A DNA stretch of 64,000 nt from an uncultured Hydrotalea sp. Its GTDB lineage: Bacteria > Bacteroidota > Bacteroidia > Chitinophagales > Chitinophagaceae. A program made the position numbers and the translations under genes. Below are positions 1 through 9,104 of the stretch, one piece after another. Position 1 is the stretch's first letter; each line of letters opens with the position of its first letter. Location of the stretch: assembly GCA_964616465.1 (NCBI GenBank), contig CAZTTO010000010.1, positions 44,712 through 108,711 on the forward strand, written 5' to 3'. Below the pieces are notes generated by a model, which was not told where the DNA came from, made no database searches, and saw only the letters and a list, made by a program, of their open reading frames with translations.

Positions 1-2944
1 TTTCTGGGTTTCCAAAAGCACTGATATAGTACTTATTCAAAATATTTGATCCACCCAATTTGATAGCACTTTTAGTTTTAGGAATACGATAAGAGATTTG
101 TGCATCAAGTGTTCCAAATGCATCTACAATACCACTTCCGAAAGTACCTTCCCAGCTAACATCATCCTGCCATCTGTAAAGAACATTGAAGCCCCAGTTT
201 TTACCAATTTTGCTATTGCCGAAGCCAATGTTATATCTCCATGCTGGAGTGTTGAAGAAAGTAACAGCACCAGCTGGTACATTACGCAATTTATCTCCAG
301 ATACGTTACCCGTTAAAGAGAAGTTAGAAGGCAACTGCCACTCAGCACTTACACCCCAACCTGTTGCATCTACTGGAGTTGCAGAGTTTGTTACGAAAGA
401 GAAAGCAGCCGTAGTGAAAGTACTTGCTAATTCTAAGAATTGAGCTTGGTTACCAGCACCAACTGGGCCAACAGCAGGTAATCCAGATGCTGGACGTCCA
501 CCCGCTAAGCGAGCAATGAAATTATTATATCGGCTGAAATAGTAATAAGCATCAACCAATAATTTCTTGGTGATTAATCCACGGAAACCCGCTTCATAAG
601 AATTCACTGATTCTGGCTTTAAAGTTGTAAACTCTAATCTTCTCAAACCGGCAGCAGCAGTTGCAATACCAACTGGAGTTGGGTTAGCAGCAACAGCAGC
701 ACGATAAGCAGCTAAACTTTCAGCAGTATATACTGGGTTGTTAGCAAAGTTGAAGAATGTATTGAAGTTTGGTAAACCTCCAATTAGCCTTGTTGAAGGA
801 GTTTGGAGATTGATCCACTGATCTTGCGTAGATGGGAAACGATAAGCTGTTTGATAGCTCAAACGGAAGTTCATGTCTTTTGCAAGTTTGATCAAACCAG
901 TAACACGTGGAGTGAAACGTCCTTCAAAGTTTTGGTTTTTATCATATCTACCAGAAGCTGTAATTGTGAACCAATTAGTCAACTCCTTTTTGATTTGCAA
1001 ATAAGCACCCCACTCGCTAATGTTAATTCTACCAGCAGTATCTGCAAAGATGGTACCACGAGAATTCAAAGAGAATTGACGGAAGTTACCACCAACTAAT
1101 ACTTCAGCAAATTTCACCACATCAGTAAGGTTATATTGACCTTCTACATGGTAAAGATCAGTAGCATCAGCAAACTGAGCACCGCCACGACTAATTGGAG
1201 TAGTGATTGCACGCTGGAATGCTTGACGGAATTGCTGAGACCCAGGAGCCGCAAAACCAACCTGAGCAGTATTGCGAGCAGCCATGTGCGCCATAGCAGG
1301 AGGAGCTTGAGGCGTTGCAACTAGTGTTCCGTTAGGCTGAGGAGCCAAACCACCTGTTGCATATCCATAAGTACCAACGTACTCTTGAAACCACTGTGTG
1401 TTTCCTTTCCAAGCACCGTTTACAGCAAGAGCGGCTAATGTTGTTGCATATGAATCTCCAGAGTTTTCTTGAGTAGTATAAGCTCTTAAGAACCATTTAG
1501 GGTGCTTTAATTCAAACTTATACTGTCCCATGCGCAAGTTCTTCAAAGAATAGCGATCTGCACCGGTATAAACTGTAGTACCAGTACCCCAATATGCAAC
1601 TAAAGAAGCTTCTAATTTCTCAGTCAATTTATAATGTACGGCACCATTTAAACGAACGTTATATGTATTGTAATCAACTAAATCACGCTCTGCATAACCA
1701 GTACGGCTAACAGTTTGTGATCCAAAATTGGTATTGCCAGGAAGGCTACCCAACATGAAAGGCAATAACTGTAAAGCAGTTGGACGGAAAGGAGCAGGGA
1801 AAGCGCCATTAAATGCGTTTGCAAAAGCATTTGGACCTTGGCTCAAATAAATTGGGAATAATCCCTGAAGAGCACTAATAATTGGACCAGCACCAGCTGC
1901 ATTAGCCTGTCCTAAAACAGCTTGAGAGAATGCAGACATAGCCAAGCTAGCTTCATCACCAAAGATACTTACACCATCATAACCAGGATCTGTAGCTCTT
2001 GTTCCAGGCTTTAAAGCACTGAATACGTTGTTACGAGAGAGGTTTCTTGTATCGTTCGCCTGCCAATCCTGTGCTTGGATCATTTGAGCAGAGAACTTGA
2101 AAGCTAATTTGTCATTTACTTTTTTAGCCCATCTTACAGACCAGTCAAAGAAAGGAGCACGATCGCGCTGACGGCCATCCATGTGCATAACCCCCTGCTT
2201 AATCTGGAAACTTAATCCCTGATGTTTGAACGGATTCTTGCTAGTCATTAACATGGTACCATTCATACCACCTGGACCGTATAGAGCAGAAGATGCACCT
2301 TGCAACAATTCAATGTTATCTACATCTAATTCTGTCATACCAATCATGCTACCAACAGAAAAGTTCAAACCAGGAGCCTGGTTATCCATTCCATCTGTTA
2401 GCTGATTGAAACGAAGGTTACCACTACCATTAAAACCACGAGTACTAATAGTACGGAATAATAAACCAGAAGTAGTCATATCTACCCCTTTGAAGTTGGC
2501 TAAACCGTCATAAAAGTTAGGAACAGCTGCATTACGAATAGCCTGTGAATTATAGCGTTCAATAGATACAGGCGACTCAATGTATCTTTCTGGTAAACGA
2601 GAAGCTGCAACAACTACTTCATCTCCCAAAGTGAATGAAGGCTCCAATGATACTTCAACATTCTGATTGTTTGAAGTAATACTTACCTCACGGGGTGCAT
2701 AACCCACGGAAGTAACCAAAAGCGTAAAAGGCAGCTTTTGAGAGGTTACCAATCGAAAATTTCCTTTGTCGTCTGTGAAAGTACCCGATGTGGTTCCCTT
2801 CACTGTAACTGATACAGCAGCAACACTTTCGAGCGATTTGCTGTTCTTAACTGAACCTGTAACTACAGTCGACTGAGCTTGAGCCACAGCCATGGAAAAC
2901 AGGCCTGTTAAAAGAAGCAAGCAATGAATTAGGGATCTTCTCAT
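1..2944 (-). CDS. TonB-dependent outer-membrane receptor with CarboxypepD_reg-like N-domain and plug (C-terminal end lies beyond the window edge)
   Basis: Absent from the ORF track because no stop codon lies in the window. Hand translation from the ATG at 2944-2942 gives MRRSLIHCLLLLTGLFSMAVAQAQSTVVTGSVKNSKSLESVAAVSVTVKGTTSGTFTDDKGNFRL, then plug-like NIELLQGASSALYGPGGMNGTMLM. The frame is still open at position 2 (..NILNKYYISAFGNPE). Confidence 0.85.
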   Translation of the reverse strand, partial: MRRSLIHCLLLLTGLFSMAVAQAQSTVVTGSVKNSKSLESVAAVSVTVKGTTSGTFTDDKGNFRLVTSQKLPFTLLVTSVGYAPREVSITSNNQNVEVSLEPSFTLGDEVVVAASRLPERYIESPVSIERYNSQAIRNAAVPNFYDGLANFKGVDMTTSGLLFRTISTRGFNGSGNLRFNQLTDGMDNQAPGLNFSVGSMIGMTELDVDNIELLQGASSALYGPGGMNGTMLMTSKNPFKHQGLSFQIKQGVMHMDGRQRDRAPFFDWSVRWAKKVNDKLAFKFSAQMIQAQDWQANDTRNLSRNNVFSALKPGTRATDPGYDGVSIFGDEASLAMSAFSQAVLGQANAAGAGPIISALQGLFPIYLSQGPNAFANAFNGAFPAPFRPTALQLLPFMLGSLPGNTNFGSQTVSRTGYAERDLVDYNTYNVRLNGAVHYKLTEKLEASLVAYWGTGTTVYTGADRYSLKNLRMGQYKFELKHPKWFLRAYTTQENSGDSYATTLAALAVNGAWKGNTQWFQEYVGTYGYATGGLAPQPNGTLVATPQAPPAMAHMAARNTAQVGFAAPGSQQFRQAFQRAITTPISRGGAQFADATDLYHVEGQYNLTDVVKFAEVLVGGNFRQFSLNSRGTIFADTAGRINISEWGAYLQIKKELTNWFTITASGRYDKNQNFEGRFTPRVTGLIKLAKDMNFRLSYQTAYRFPSTQDQWINLQTPSTRLIGGLPNFNTFFNFANNPVYTAESLAAYRAAVAANPTPVGIATAAAGLRRLEFTTLKPESVNSYEAGFRGLITKKLLVDAYYYFSRYNNFIARLAGGRPASGLPAVGPVGAGNQAQFLELASTFTTAAFSFVTNSATPVDATGWGVSAEWQLPSNFSLTGNVSGDKLRNVPAGAVTFFNTPAWRYNIGFGNSKIGKNWGFNVLYRWQDDVSWEGTFGSGIVDAFGTLDAQISYRIPKTKSAIKLGGSNILNKYYISAFGNPE

Positions 2945-3078
2945 AATAGCAATTTTGTTTAAATATTCAGCAAAATAGCAATTGTTATATTTCTGCAAAA
3001 ATTTAATTTAAAACCATTCGGAATGGGCTGTGAACAAAAAATAGAAATGCCCTAGATTTTGGCTGCTAACTTTACGCC

Positions 3079-3990
3079 ATGAAATTCCCCGAACTACCCA
3101 ATCAAACAGCTTTTTATCAAGGAAAAGTTAGAGATGTTTATTATGTGGGAGACGAAAAGTTGGTGATGGTTGCAAGTAACCGTATTTCAGCTTTTGATGT
3201 AATTCTTCCCAGAGAAATACCTTATAAAGGTCAGGTATTAAATCAACTGGCTTACTTCATGTTAAATAAAACAAGGGATATCTGCCCCAACTGGCTTGAC
3301 TCATCTCCAGTCCCCTATATTAGCATAGGCAAAAAATGCCAGCCATTTAAACTTGAAATGGTAGTAAGAGGGAATTTAGTAGGGCATGCCTGGCGAACTT
3401 ACCAATCTGGCAAAAGAGAGTTATGCGGTGTAGCTTTACCAGAAGGATTGAAAGAATATGACTTTTTCCCTTCTCCAATTATTACCCCAAGCACTAAAGC
3501 AGAACAGGGACATGATGAAGACATTGATGAAAAATCAATTTTAGAACAAGGCATTGTAAGTTTTGAAGAATGGCAGGTCCTAAAAAAATATTCACTTGCA
3601 TTATTTGAAAGGGGGAAAAACATTGCAGCCGAAAGAGGACTCATATTAGCTGATACCAAATACGAATTTGGAAAAATTGGAGATGAAATTTACTTGATGG
3701 ATGAAGTTCATACCCCAGATTCATCTCGGTATTTTTATGCAAATTATTTTTCTGAAACAATTCAGAATGGTGAAAGGCCAGCCCAATTGAGTAAAGAGTT
3801 TGTTCGGGAATGGCTTATTGAAAATAATTTTATGGGTAAACCAGGACAAGTAATCCCAACAATGAGTGATGATTGGATTAAAACAATATCTGATCGATAT
3901 ATAAAACTATATGAGGAAGTAACAGGATTACACTTTCAAGCATTTGACCCAAGTGAAAGCGACTGGGAACTTGTTAAAGCTAATTTGTGA
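3079..3990 (+). CDS. purC: Phosphoribosylaminoimidazole-succinocarboxamide (SAICAR) synthase
   Basis: 303 aa ORF. Shows GKVRDVY and SNRISAFDVILP motifs and full-length SAICAR synthetase architecture. Confidence 0.93.
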   Translation: MKFPELPNQTAFYQGKVRDVYYVGDEKLVMVASNRISAFDVILPREIPYKGQVLNQLAYFMLNKTRDICPNWLDSSPVPYISIGKKCQPFKLEMVVRGNLVGHAWRTYQSGKRELCGVALPEGLKEYDFFPSPIITPSTKAEQGHDEDIDEKSILEQGIVSFEEWQVLKKYSLALFERGKNIAAERGLILADTKYEFGKIGDEIYLMDEVHTPDSSRYFYANYFSETIQNGERPAQLSKEFVREWLIENNFMGKPGQVIPTMSDDWIKTISDRYIKLYEEVTGLHFQAFDPSESDWELVKANL

Positions 3991-3993
3991 AAA

Positions 3994-4027
3994 TAAAAAA
4001 GGAGCCAAGTGGCTCCTGAATTTTTTG
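3994..4027. terminator. Bidirectional intrinsic terminator shared by purC (+) and mini-gene 1 (-)
   Basis: Stem GGAGCC(4001-4006), loop AAGT, stem GGCTCC(4011-4016). It is flanked by an A-run upstream and a T-run (4021-4026) downstream. Confidence 0.75.
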
Positions 4028-4038
4028 TTTAGTTAGAC

Positions 4039-4194
4039 TTACCCTTTATAAATCAAGTAGACCATAGCTACAATTAGGGCAGCGCTATACATAGCACCAG
4101 AAACTAAGAGAACCATTTTGGTAAGAGATTTTTTAGAGGCGGTCTTTACAGAATGCGACATAGCACTATTCTGCATGGTGATAGATTGTGACAT
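4039..4194 (-). CDS. Mini-gene 1: 51 aa peptide with a C-terminal hydrophobic (TM-like) segment
   Basis: Below the ORF-track size cutoff. Hand translation: MSQSITMQNSAMSHSVKTASKKSLTKMVLLVSGAMYSAALIVAMVYLIYKG. Has its own -7 box and terminator. The C-terminus (A-x-V-Y-x-I-x-x-G-stop) is shared with mini-gene 3. Confidence 0.55.
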   Translation of the reverse strand: MSQSITMQNSAMSHSVKTASKKSLTKMVLLVSGAMYSAALIVAMVYLIYKG

Positions 4195-4215
4195 AGGATG
4201 ATTGGTTTTACAGTA

Positions 4216-4223
4216 CAAATATA
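4216..4223 (-). promoter_or_regulatory. Bacteroidota-type -7 box TATATTTG for mini-gene 1
   Basis: Forward caaatata is the reverse complement of TATATTTG, a perfect TAnnTTTG. It lies exactly 21 nt upstream of the ATG at 4194. Confidence 0.5.
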
Positions 4224-4268
4224 CGAATTTCTACGACAGGTTAGATCACTTTACATTAAATAGACCTT

Positions 4269-4295
4269 AAAAAAAGAGTCGCCATTTGCGACTCT
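4269..4295 (-). terminator. Intrinsic terminator of mini-gene 2
   Basis: On the minus strand: AGAGTCGC, loop AAATG, GCGACTCT, followed by TTTTTT. It lies 26 nt after the stop at 4322-4324. Confidence 0.75.
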
Positions 4296-4321
4296 GCAAT
4301 TAAGTTCTTGATTACCCCGGA

Positions 4322-4489
4322 CTACCGAGTAATCATAACATAATTCAATGCTGCAACCAGCCCAATTACATACAAAACTACAACCGCCACTACAAGTCCG
4401 TCTTCTAACTTCATTTTTGGAAATGCATGCACGTCGCGTAGCACTTCTTTTAAGTTCATCTGCTTGGGAATTGGTAATATATGTGCCAT
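4322..4489 (-). CDS. Mini-gene 2: 55 aa peptide with a C-terminal hydrophobic (TM-like) segment
   Basis: Hand translation: MAHILPIPKQMNLKEVLRDVHAFPKMKLEDGLVVAVVVLYVIGLVAALNYVMITR. Has its own -7-like box and terminator. Confidence 0.5.
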   Translation of the reverse strand: MAHILPIPKQMNLKEVLRDVHAFPKMKLEDGLVVAVVVLYVIGLVAALNYVMITR

Positions 4490-4510
4490 ATCTCGGGGTT
4501 TTTATTGAAT

Positions 4511-4518
4511 TAAAGCTA
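4511..4518 (-). promoter_or_regulatory. -7-like box TAGCTTTA for mini-gene 2
   Basis: Forward taaagcta is the reverse complement of TAGCTTTA, one mismatch to TAnnTTTG. It lies exactly 21 nt upstream of the ATG at 4489. Confidence 0.4.
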
Positions 4519-4734
4519 CAATGCTTCTGTAGTAAAAAACATGACTTTAAGCATATATTTAAGAATGTTTGAAAGAATATTTTATCCTAGTAATGTCAAG
4601 TCATTGAGTTAAAATGAGTTCCTTGTTGTAGATAGAATTTTTACTACAAAAACTTCATGAATTTTCTACTAAAAATTGAAAATTCTTCAACGCTCATTTG
4701 TAGTATTACTCCTACAAAAAGGGCACTAAAGTGC

Positions 4735-4762
4735 AAAAAAAGAGCCATCCGAAGATGGCTCT
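4735..4762 (-). terminator. Intrinsic terminator of mini-gene 3 (T-rich on both sides, possibly bidirectional)
   Basis: Stem AGAGCCATC(4741-4749), loop CGAA, stem GATGGCTCT(4754-4762). On the minus strand it is followed by TTTTTT. On the plus strand it is followed by GAAATTGTTTTTG. Confidence 0.75.
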
Positions 4763-4781
4763 GAAATTGTTTTTGTTGCGC

Positions 4782-4940
4782 TTAACCAAGCTGGATGACA
4801 TACACCAAAGCAGTTGTTAATACAAACCCATAAACTACTCCTACCATTGTAAAAATCCTTTCCAGTCTTGCATTTCGTCCAATTTGAACGTTAGCTACTT
4901 GAGTTCCGTTTGTGCTGTTTTGATTAAAAATTTGTTGCAT
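4782..4940 (-). CDS. Mini-gene 3: 52 aa peptide with a C-terminal hydrophobic (TM-like) segment
   Basis: Hand translation: MQQIFNQNSTNGTQVANVQIGRNARLERIFTMVGVVYGFVLTTALVYVIQLG. Its 5' leader (aataccaatatcctc) resembles that of mini-gene 1 (aaaaccaatcatcctat). Confidence 0.55.
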   Translation of the reverse strand: MQQIFNQNSTNGTQVANVQIGRNARLERIFTMVGVVYGFVLTTALVYVIQLG

Positions 4941-4961
4941 GAGGATATTGGTATTGTACTA

Positions 4962-4969
4962 TAAAGTTA
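4962..4969 (-). promoter_or_regulatory. -7-like box TAACTTTA for mini-gene 3
   Basis: Forward taaagtta is the reverse complement of TAACTTTA. It lies exactly 21 nt upstream of the ATG at 4940. Confidence 0.4.
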
Positions 4970-5067
4970 CAACAATACTCTAATCCTTTACATGATCCAT
5001 AGCAACCCAAACTACAAGGATTGTAGTTTTGATTTAGTAAAAAAGAACAAGTTGAAAAAATTTACTA

Positions 5068-6120
5068 TTAGGTATCTTGTGAATGCCAACTTTGCTTGTA
5101 CATGTCAAGACGCTGCTTGGACTTATTAAAGATATTTCTACCTAAGTCTTTTCCTTTTCTCATCTCTTTCCTTTGTTCCTCGGGTAGCTCCATAACTGAA
5201 ACACAATCGTTACTGCAACAACCCTTCATCCTTCTAGCACATTCTTCACATTGAATAAACAATAAATGACAAGCTTCGTTTTTACAGTTGGTATGTGTAT
5301 CGCAAGGCTTGCCACACTGGTGACAGTTCGCAATAATATCATGTGTTATTCTTTCACCCAGACGCTGATCAAACACGAAATTTTTTCCAATAAACTTGCT
5401 TTCTAAACCCTGTTTACTTAATTGATTTGCGTAATGAATAACTCCACCCTCTAAATGAAATACATTATCAAAACCCATGTGCTTCATATAAGCACTTGCT
5501 TTTTCGCATCTTATTCCGCCAGTACAATACATCACAATATTTTTTTGCTCGTTCCCTTTTAGCATTTCTACTGCCATAGGCAACTGCTCCCTAAAAGTAT
5601 CTGATGGAATTTCTATGGCTCTAACAAAATGTCCTACCTCAAACTCATAATGATTGCGCATATCAACCACAATAGTGTTTTCATCTTCCAAGAGTTTATT
5701 CATCTCTTCGGCATTCACATATTTGCCTTTATTTTCCATACTAAAGGAAGGATCGCTAATTCCATCTGCAACAATCTTTTCCTTCACTTTTATACGTAAA
5801 ACCCAAAAGCTTTTTCCATCATCATCAACTGCTATATTAAGTCGTAAACCTTCTAATGCAGGATGTTGATACAAATACGATCTCAACTCCTCTAATTTTG
5901 AATTGGGAACACTGATTTGTGCATTTACACCTTCATGAGCAACATAAATCCTTCCGAAAACTTGCAATGCTGTCAAGTCCTTATACCAAGTATTCCTGAA
6001 CTCTAGCGGATTTTGAATAGGGAAATACTGATAAAAACTAATGGTTGTTCTTGGCTCTGTTTCAGCCAACATACGTTGACGTAATTCTTCGTTATTAACA
6101 CGGTTGTGTAATAAAGGCAT
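5068..6120 (-). CDS. trhO: Rhodanese-domain tRNA uridine(34) hydroxylase (UPF0176/YceA family)
   Basis: 350 aa. Rhodanese active-site loop [11 protein letters not shown] and a Cys-rich C-terminal tail ([20 protein letters not shown]). Confidence 0.85.
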   Translation of the reverse strand: MPLLHNRVNNEELRQRMLAETEPRTTISFYQYFPIQNPLEFRNTWYKDLTALQVFGRIYVAHEGVNAQISVPNSKLEELRSYLYQHPALEGLRLNIAVDDDGKSFWVLRIKVKEKIVADGISDPSFSMENKGKYVNAEEMNKLLEDENTIVVDMRNHYEFEVGHFVRAIEIPSDTFREQLPMAVEMLKGNEQKNIVMYCTGGIRCEKASAYMKHMGFDNVFHLEGGVIHYANQLSKQGLESKFIGKNFVFDQRLGERITHDIIANCHQCGKPCDTHTNCKNEACHLLFIQCEECARRMKGCCSNDCVSVMELPEEQRKEMRKGKDLGRNIFNKSKQRLDMYKQSWHSQDT

Positions 6121-6218
6121 AGTACTTCATTTTAGACATTCTTTTTAGAATGTTTCTGTGATTCAATAAGAACCCGTTTGCAGGACGGGCAAAATGTAGT
6201 ACAAAGGTATTCTTTTAT

Positions 6219-8693
6219 TTATTCATCGCCTCCAGTTAATAGGCCGGAAGTTGAAAAGCGAATTCCGCTGGTACGAATTCCGCCCGATTGAAAGCCTTGA
6301 ATAAAATCAATTCGGATTACTTTAAAAATGTTTTCTAATCCAATAAAAACCTCACGATAGTGTCTATTTGAAGATAACTGAAGGGTGTTTGCTCCTGTTA
6401 CAATAAACCAATTCAGCCTTTTGAATCCAGGGATTTTATTCGTTAAAAAACCATTTAAATGATACTCTACGTGAGCAGTTGAATAAAACTTATCTGTATT
6501 ACTCATGGTATAGTAAGGTAATAATTGAAAGCTATTCAAGAATGTAGATGCATAGGCTGTTTGGTTACCCAAGAAATGCTGATAATCTGGTAAGAAAACC
6601 CGATCTGCACTCAAGAACCCTCCTATGGTCAGGCGGTAGTTAAAACGACCAGCCAACTTAAGGTTTAGATTATCGCTTACTCTTAAACGCCAACGAGCAT
6701 AAGACACATCACTTCCTAAAACATCAGGTAAACCAATAACTAAATTACCGCTTATGGTAGGATACTTCGAACCAATATTCACCTTTCTTTCTGGGTACTC
6801 AATATACCTGGCTGCTGGTTGCCATGTAAACCCAACTCCTACCGACAAAGCTTGATGTGGAGTTAAGGGGGCTGCACCAGGGAGTTCTACTGGATAATTA
6901 TCTGTGAATGATCGTCCTGCCCTTGTTCTCCAAACTTTAGGATCAGATAAATTAGTTAGAGGTCTTCTATCTTGATAATCAATAAACCCATTTAATGTAA
7001 CTCCTTTTCCTACCCCTCCAGAATAACTAGCTCTAAGAAATCCTGCCTCGTACAATTTTGCAAAATTTTGGTTTTCCAATAATGTGTAATAGGTATTTAT
7101 TCTAGGAAGAATTGGGTTTGCATTATTGAATTGAAACACTCTGGACCCAATACTGAAACCAACATTATTGGCGTACTTTTTTCCATATGAATAGCTTGTC
7201 CTAAGATATCCATTTAGTCGGCTATTTCCAGTTCCATATCTTATGACAGGTTCTATGGCCAACGACCTCCTTCCATTTTCTGTAAATCTTTTATTGTATG
7301 AAAAAGCTGCATTAAATACCCATCCTTCAACTAAATTATAATTAATCATGTCTAACACAGAAGGCATAGAAAAACTTTCTCTTTTCTTCCTATTAAAAAA
7401 GGTCTCTCCTGTTAGCAACAAACCAGTTACTGTAACTTTATTGATTCGCTTATCTAATGAATCTAGGTACTTAGGATCTTTTTGTACTTGTTCTAAACTA
7501 TCCTTCTTTTTGTAATCACGCATTTCTTCATCAGACAATTCTAAAGGCCTTATAGTATCCCAAAATGCTTTTGGACGCTTATTTGAACTATCTGCAAATT
7601 TTAAAACAGTATTATCAAAAGTTTTTTTAGTAAATGCTGGATTTAAATTGTATTTGTCGTACACCTGTACAAAACTTCCAAAAAAGTCGAAGCCAAAAAT
7701 TTTACCTGATGGATAAATAACTTGAGATTTCGTAACCCAGCCTTGTGAAGCAGGAACGTATAGCTGCTCAATAACTAGGGTATCTAAAAACTGCATTTGC
7801 TGCTCTTTCACCAGTTGCAATTGTAAACTGTGAATTCTCCATTGATCTTCAACTATATTGATATAACCACTAAACAATGGTTCGTATTTTCTCCTCGGAA
7901 TAACCCTTATTTTACTGACTTCAATTCCATTTTCAAAAAAACTTCCTTCAAATTTGTATCTATAGTAGTTCAATGCTCCTTGAGCAATTGGTGAAATAAA
8001 TCCGCGAGGGTTTAATCCAGATCCTAAACTAATATTGTTCTCATAAAATGAAATCACCTGAGGGCTGCTAAATCCAAAACCATCGCTTTGTCCACTTACA
8101 CGGGTAGATAGCACCTCCACTTTACTTTTATTGCCTTCATCAACCGAATATTTAGCGACTGTTTCAGAAAGAAAAATCATTTTTCTTTTACTACTATCAC
8201 CATCTTCAAAATCAACTTTCTGCCCTAAAAATTTCTTTGGAAAATCTCTTAATTGTAATTGCCCTTTGATATACACTTCCGTTTCAAATCTTTTTATCTC
8301 CTCTTTATAAAAAGATCTTTTTTCAATTGCCTTTCGTATAATACCATAAGCCGGATCTTCTCCCCCTGCTTTTACTTCAACCCCTTTTAAATCGTATGAC
8401 TGCTCAGTTAATGTGAAAGTGATTTCAATGTCTTCTTTTCCGATCTTAATGACTTGCTCTTTTGCCTGATAGCCTACATGCTGACAAACTAAGGTATACG
8501 TACCTGCACTTAACTCTAATGTAAATTTCCCTAACTGATTTGCTGTAGAGCCTTTAGTGGTTCCTTTAACAATAATAGATGCAAATTGCAAGGGATTACC
8601 TTTTTCATCGAATACTTGTCCTTTAACATTGGCAGCATTAACTGCTACAACCGATAAAATCGAAAATAGAATAGCAAGAAAACAATTTTTCAT
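6219..8693 (-). CDS. DUF5686-like outer-membrane protein with CarboxypepD_reg-like N-domain
   Basis: 824 aa. Signal peptide, N-domain VKGQVFDEKGNPLQFASIIVKGTTKGSTANQLGKFTL, and a long beta-rich remainder. Confidence 0.7.
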   Translation of the reverse strand: MKNCFLAILFSILSVVAVNAANVKGQVFDEKGNPLQFASIIVKGTTKGSTANQLGKFTLELSAGTYTLVCQHVGYQAKEQVIKIGKEDIEITFTLTEQSYDLKGVEVKAGGEDPAYGIIRKAIEKRSFYKEEIKRFETEVYIKGQLQLRDFPKKFLGQKVDFEDGDSSKRKMIFLSETVAKYSVDEGNKSKVEVLSTRVSGQSDGFGFSSPQVISFYENNISLGSGLNPRGFISPIAQGALNYYRYKFEGSFFENGIEVSKIRVIPRRKYEPLFSGYINIVEDQWRIHSLQLQLVKEQQMQFLDTLVIEQLYVPASQGWVTKSQVIYPSGKIFGFDFFGSFVQVYDKYNLNPAFTKKTFDNTVLKFADSSNKRPKAFWDTIRPLELSDEEMRDYKKKDSLEQVQKDPKYLDSLDKRINKVTVTGLLLTGETFFNRKKRESFSMPSVLDMINYNLVEGWVFNAAFSYNKRFTENGRRSLAIEPVIRYGTGNSRLNGYLRTSYSYGKKYANNVGFSIGSRVFQFNNANPILPRINTYYTLLENQNFAKLYEAGFLRASYSGGVGKGVTLNGFIDYQDRRPLTNLSDPKVWRTRAGRSFTDNYPVELPGAAPLTPHQALSVGVGFTWQPAARYIEYPERKVNIGSKYPTISGNLVIGLPDVLGSDVSYARWRLRVSDNLNLKLAGRFNYRLTIGGFLSADRVFLPDYQHFLGNQTAYASTFLNSFQLLPYYTMSNTDKFYSTAHVEYHLNGFLTNKIPGFKRLNWFIVTGANTLQLSSNRHYREVFIGLENIFKVIRIDFIQGFQSGGIRTSGIRFSTSGLLTGGDE

Positions 8694-8744
8694 AAAGGCG
8701 AAGTTACTACTAGCACTTCAACCTAATTCACCACTCCTAAAAAT

Positions 8745-9095
8745 TCACTTTGCCTTTCTTAACAATGCTGCTGACCATCCAGACAATCCATTTAAAAGTC
8801 CACCAACGAATGAAGTTACTGCTATCACTGCATTTGAGCTTCCTCCTAATGGCAATATTTCGGCAACTTTTTTAGATAGAAGATGTTCATTTTGAACATC
8901 AATATAGAAAGCTAAAACCGCCCATAAAGTTAGCATTGAAAAGAAGCTAAGTACTAATGCCCATATAGGCTTTAAGTTGAAAGTCCAACAGATTAAAAAT
9001 GTTGAAACAACAAAGCTATACCAAGGCAAAAACGTAAACAAACCAAGTACATAACCCATCAATATCATTAAAGCAAAAGCTGAGAACTGTTTCAT
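8745..9095 (-). CDS. Small integral membrane protein (about 4 TM), function unknown
   Basis: 116 aa, strongly hydrophobic. Only 9 nt from the upstream acylase gene. Confidence 0.6.
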   Translation of the reverse strand: MKQFSAFALMILMGYVLGLFTFLPWYSFVVSTFLICWTFNLKPIWALVLSFFSMLTLWAVLAFYIDVQNEHLLSKKVAEILPLGGSSNAVIAVTSFVGGLLNGLSGWSAALLRKAK

Positions 9096-9104
9096 ATTAT
9101 TAAA

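Noticed and set aside
98-1324. Four plus-strand track ORFs (98-316, 186-443, 803-1099, 1136-1324).
   Set aside because: They lie antisense to the continuous TonB-dependent receptor frame, which runs open from 2944 to the window edge. They are low-complexity shadow ORFs.
3399-3659. Numerous 60-130 aa ORFs antisense to or nested within long genes. Examples are 3399-3659, 5654-5869, 8557-8895, 10212-10604, 10686-10940, 12081-12290, 17514-17886, 19891-20241, 23497-24111, 25048-26058, 29127-29961, 43721-44127, 46464-46835, 49583-50091, 56271-56676, 59196-59639 and 61772-62732.
   Set aside because: All overlap well-supported genes on the opposite strand or in another frame, and none has recognisable motifs. 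They are typical shadow ORFs of an AT-rich genome.
4348-4572. 74-aa plus-strand track ORF in the purC-trhO gap.
   Set aside because: It is antisense to mini-gene 2 and spans that gene's promoter. It has no promoter box or terminator of its own, and its composition looks non-coding.
5010-5028. The 8-bp hairpin AACTACAA-GGA-TTGTAGTT as the trhO terminator.
   Set aside because: On the minus strand it is not followed by a U-tract. It is better treated as one of the TGTAG/CTACA repeats.
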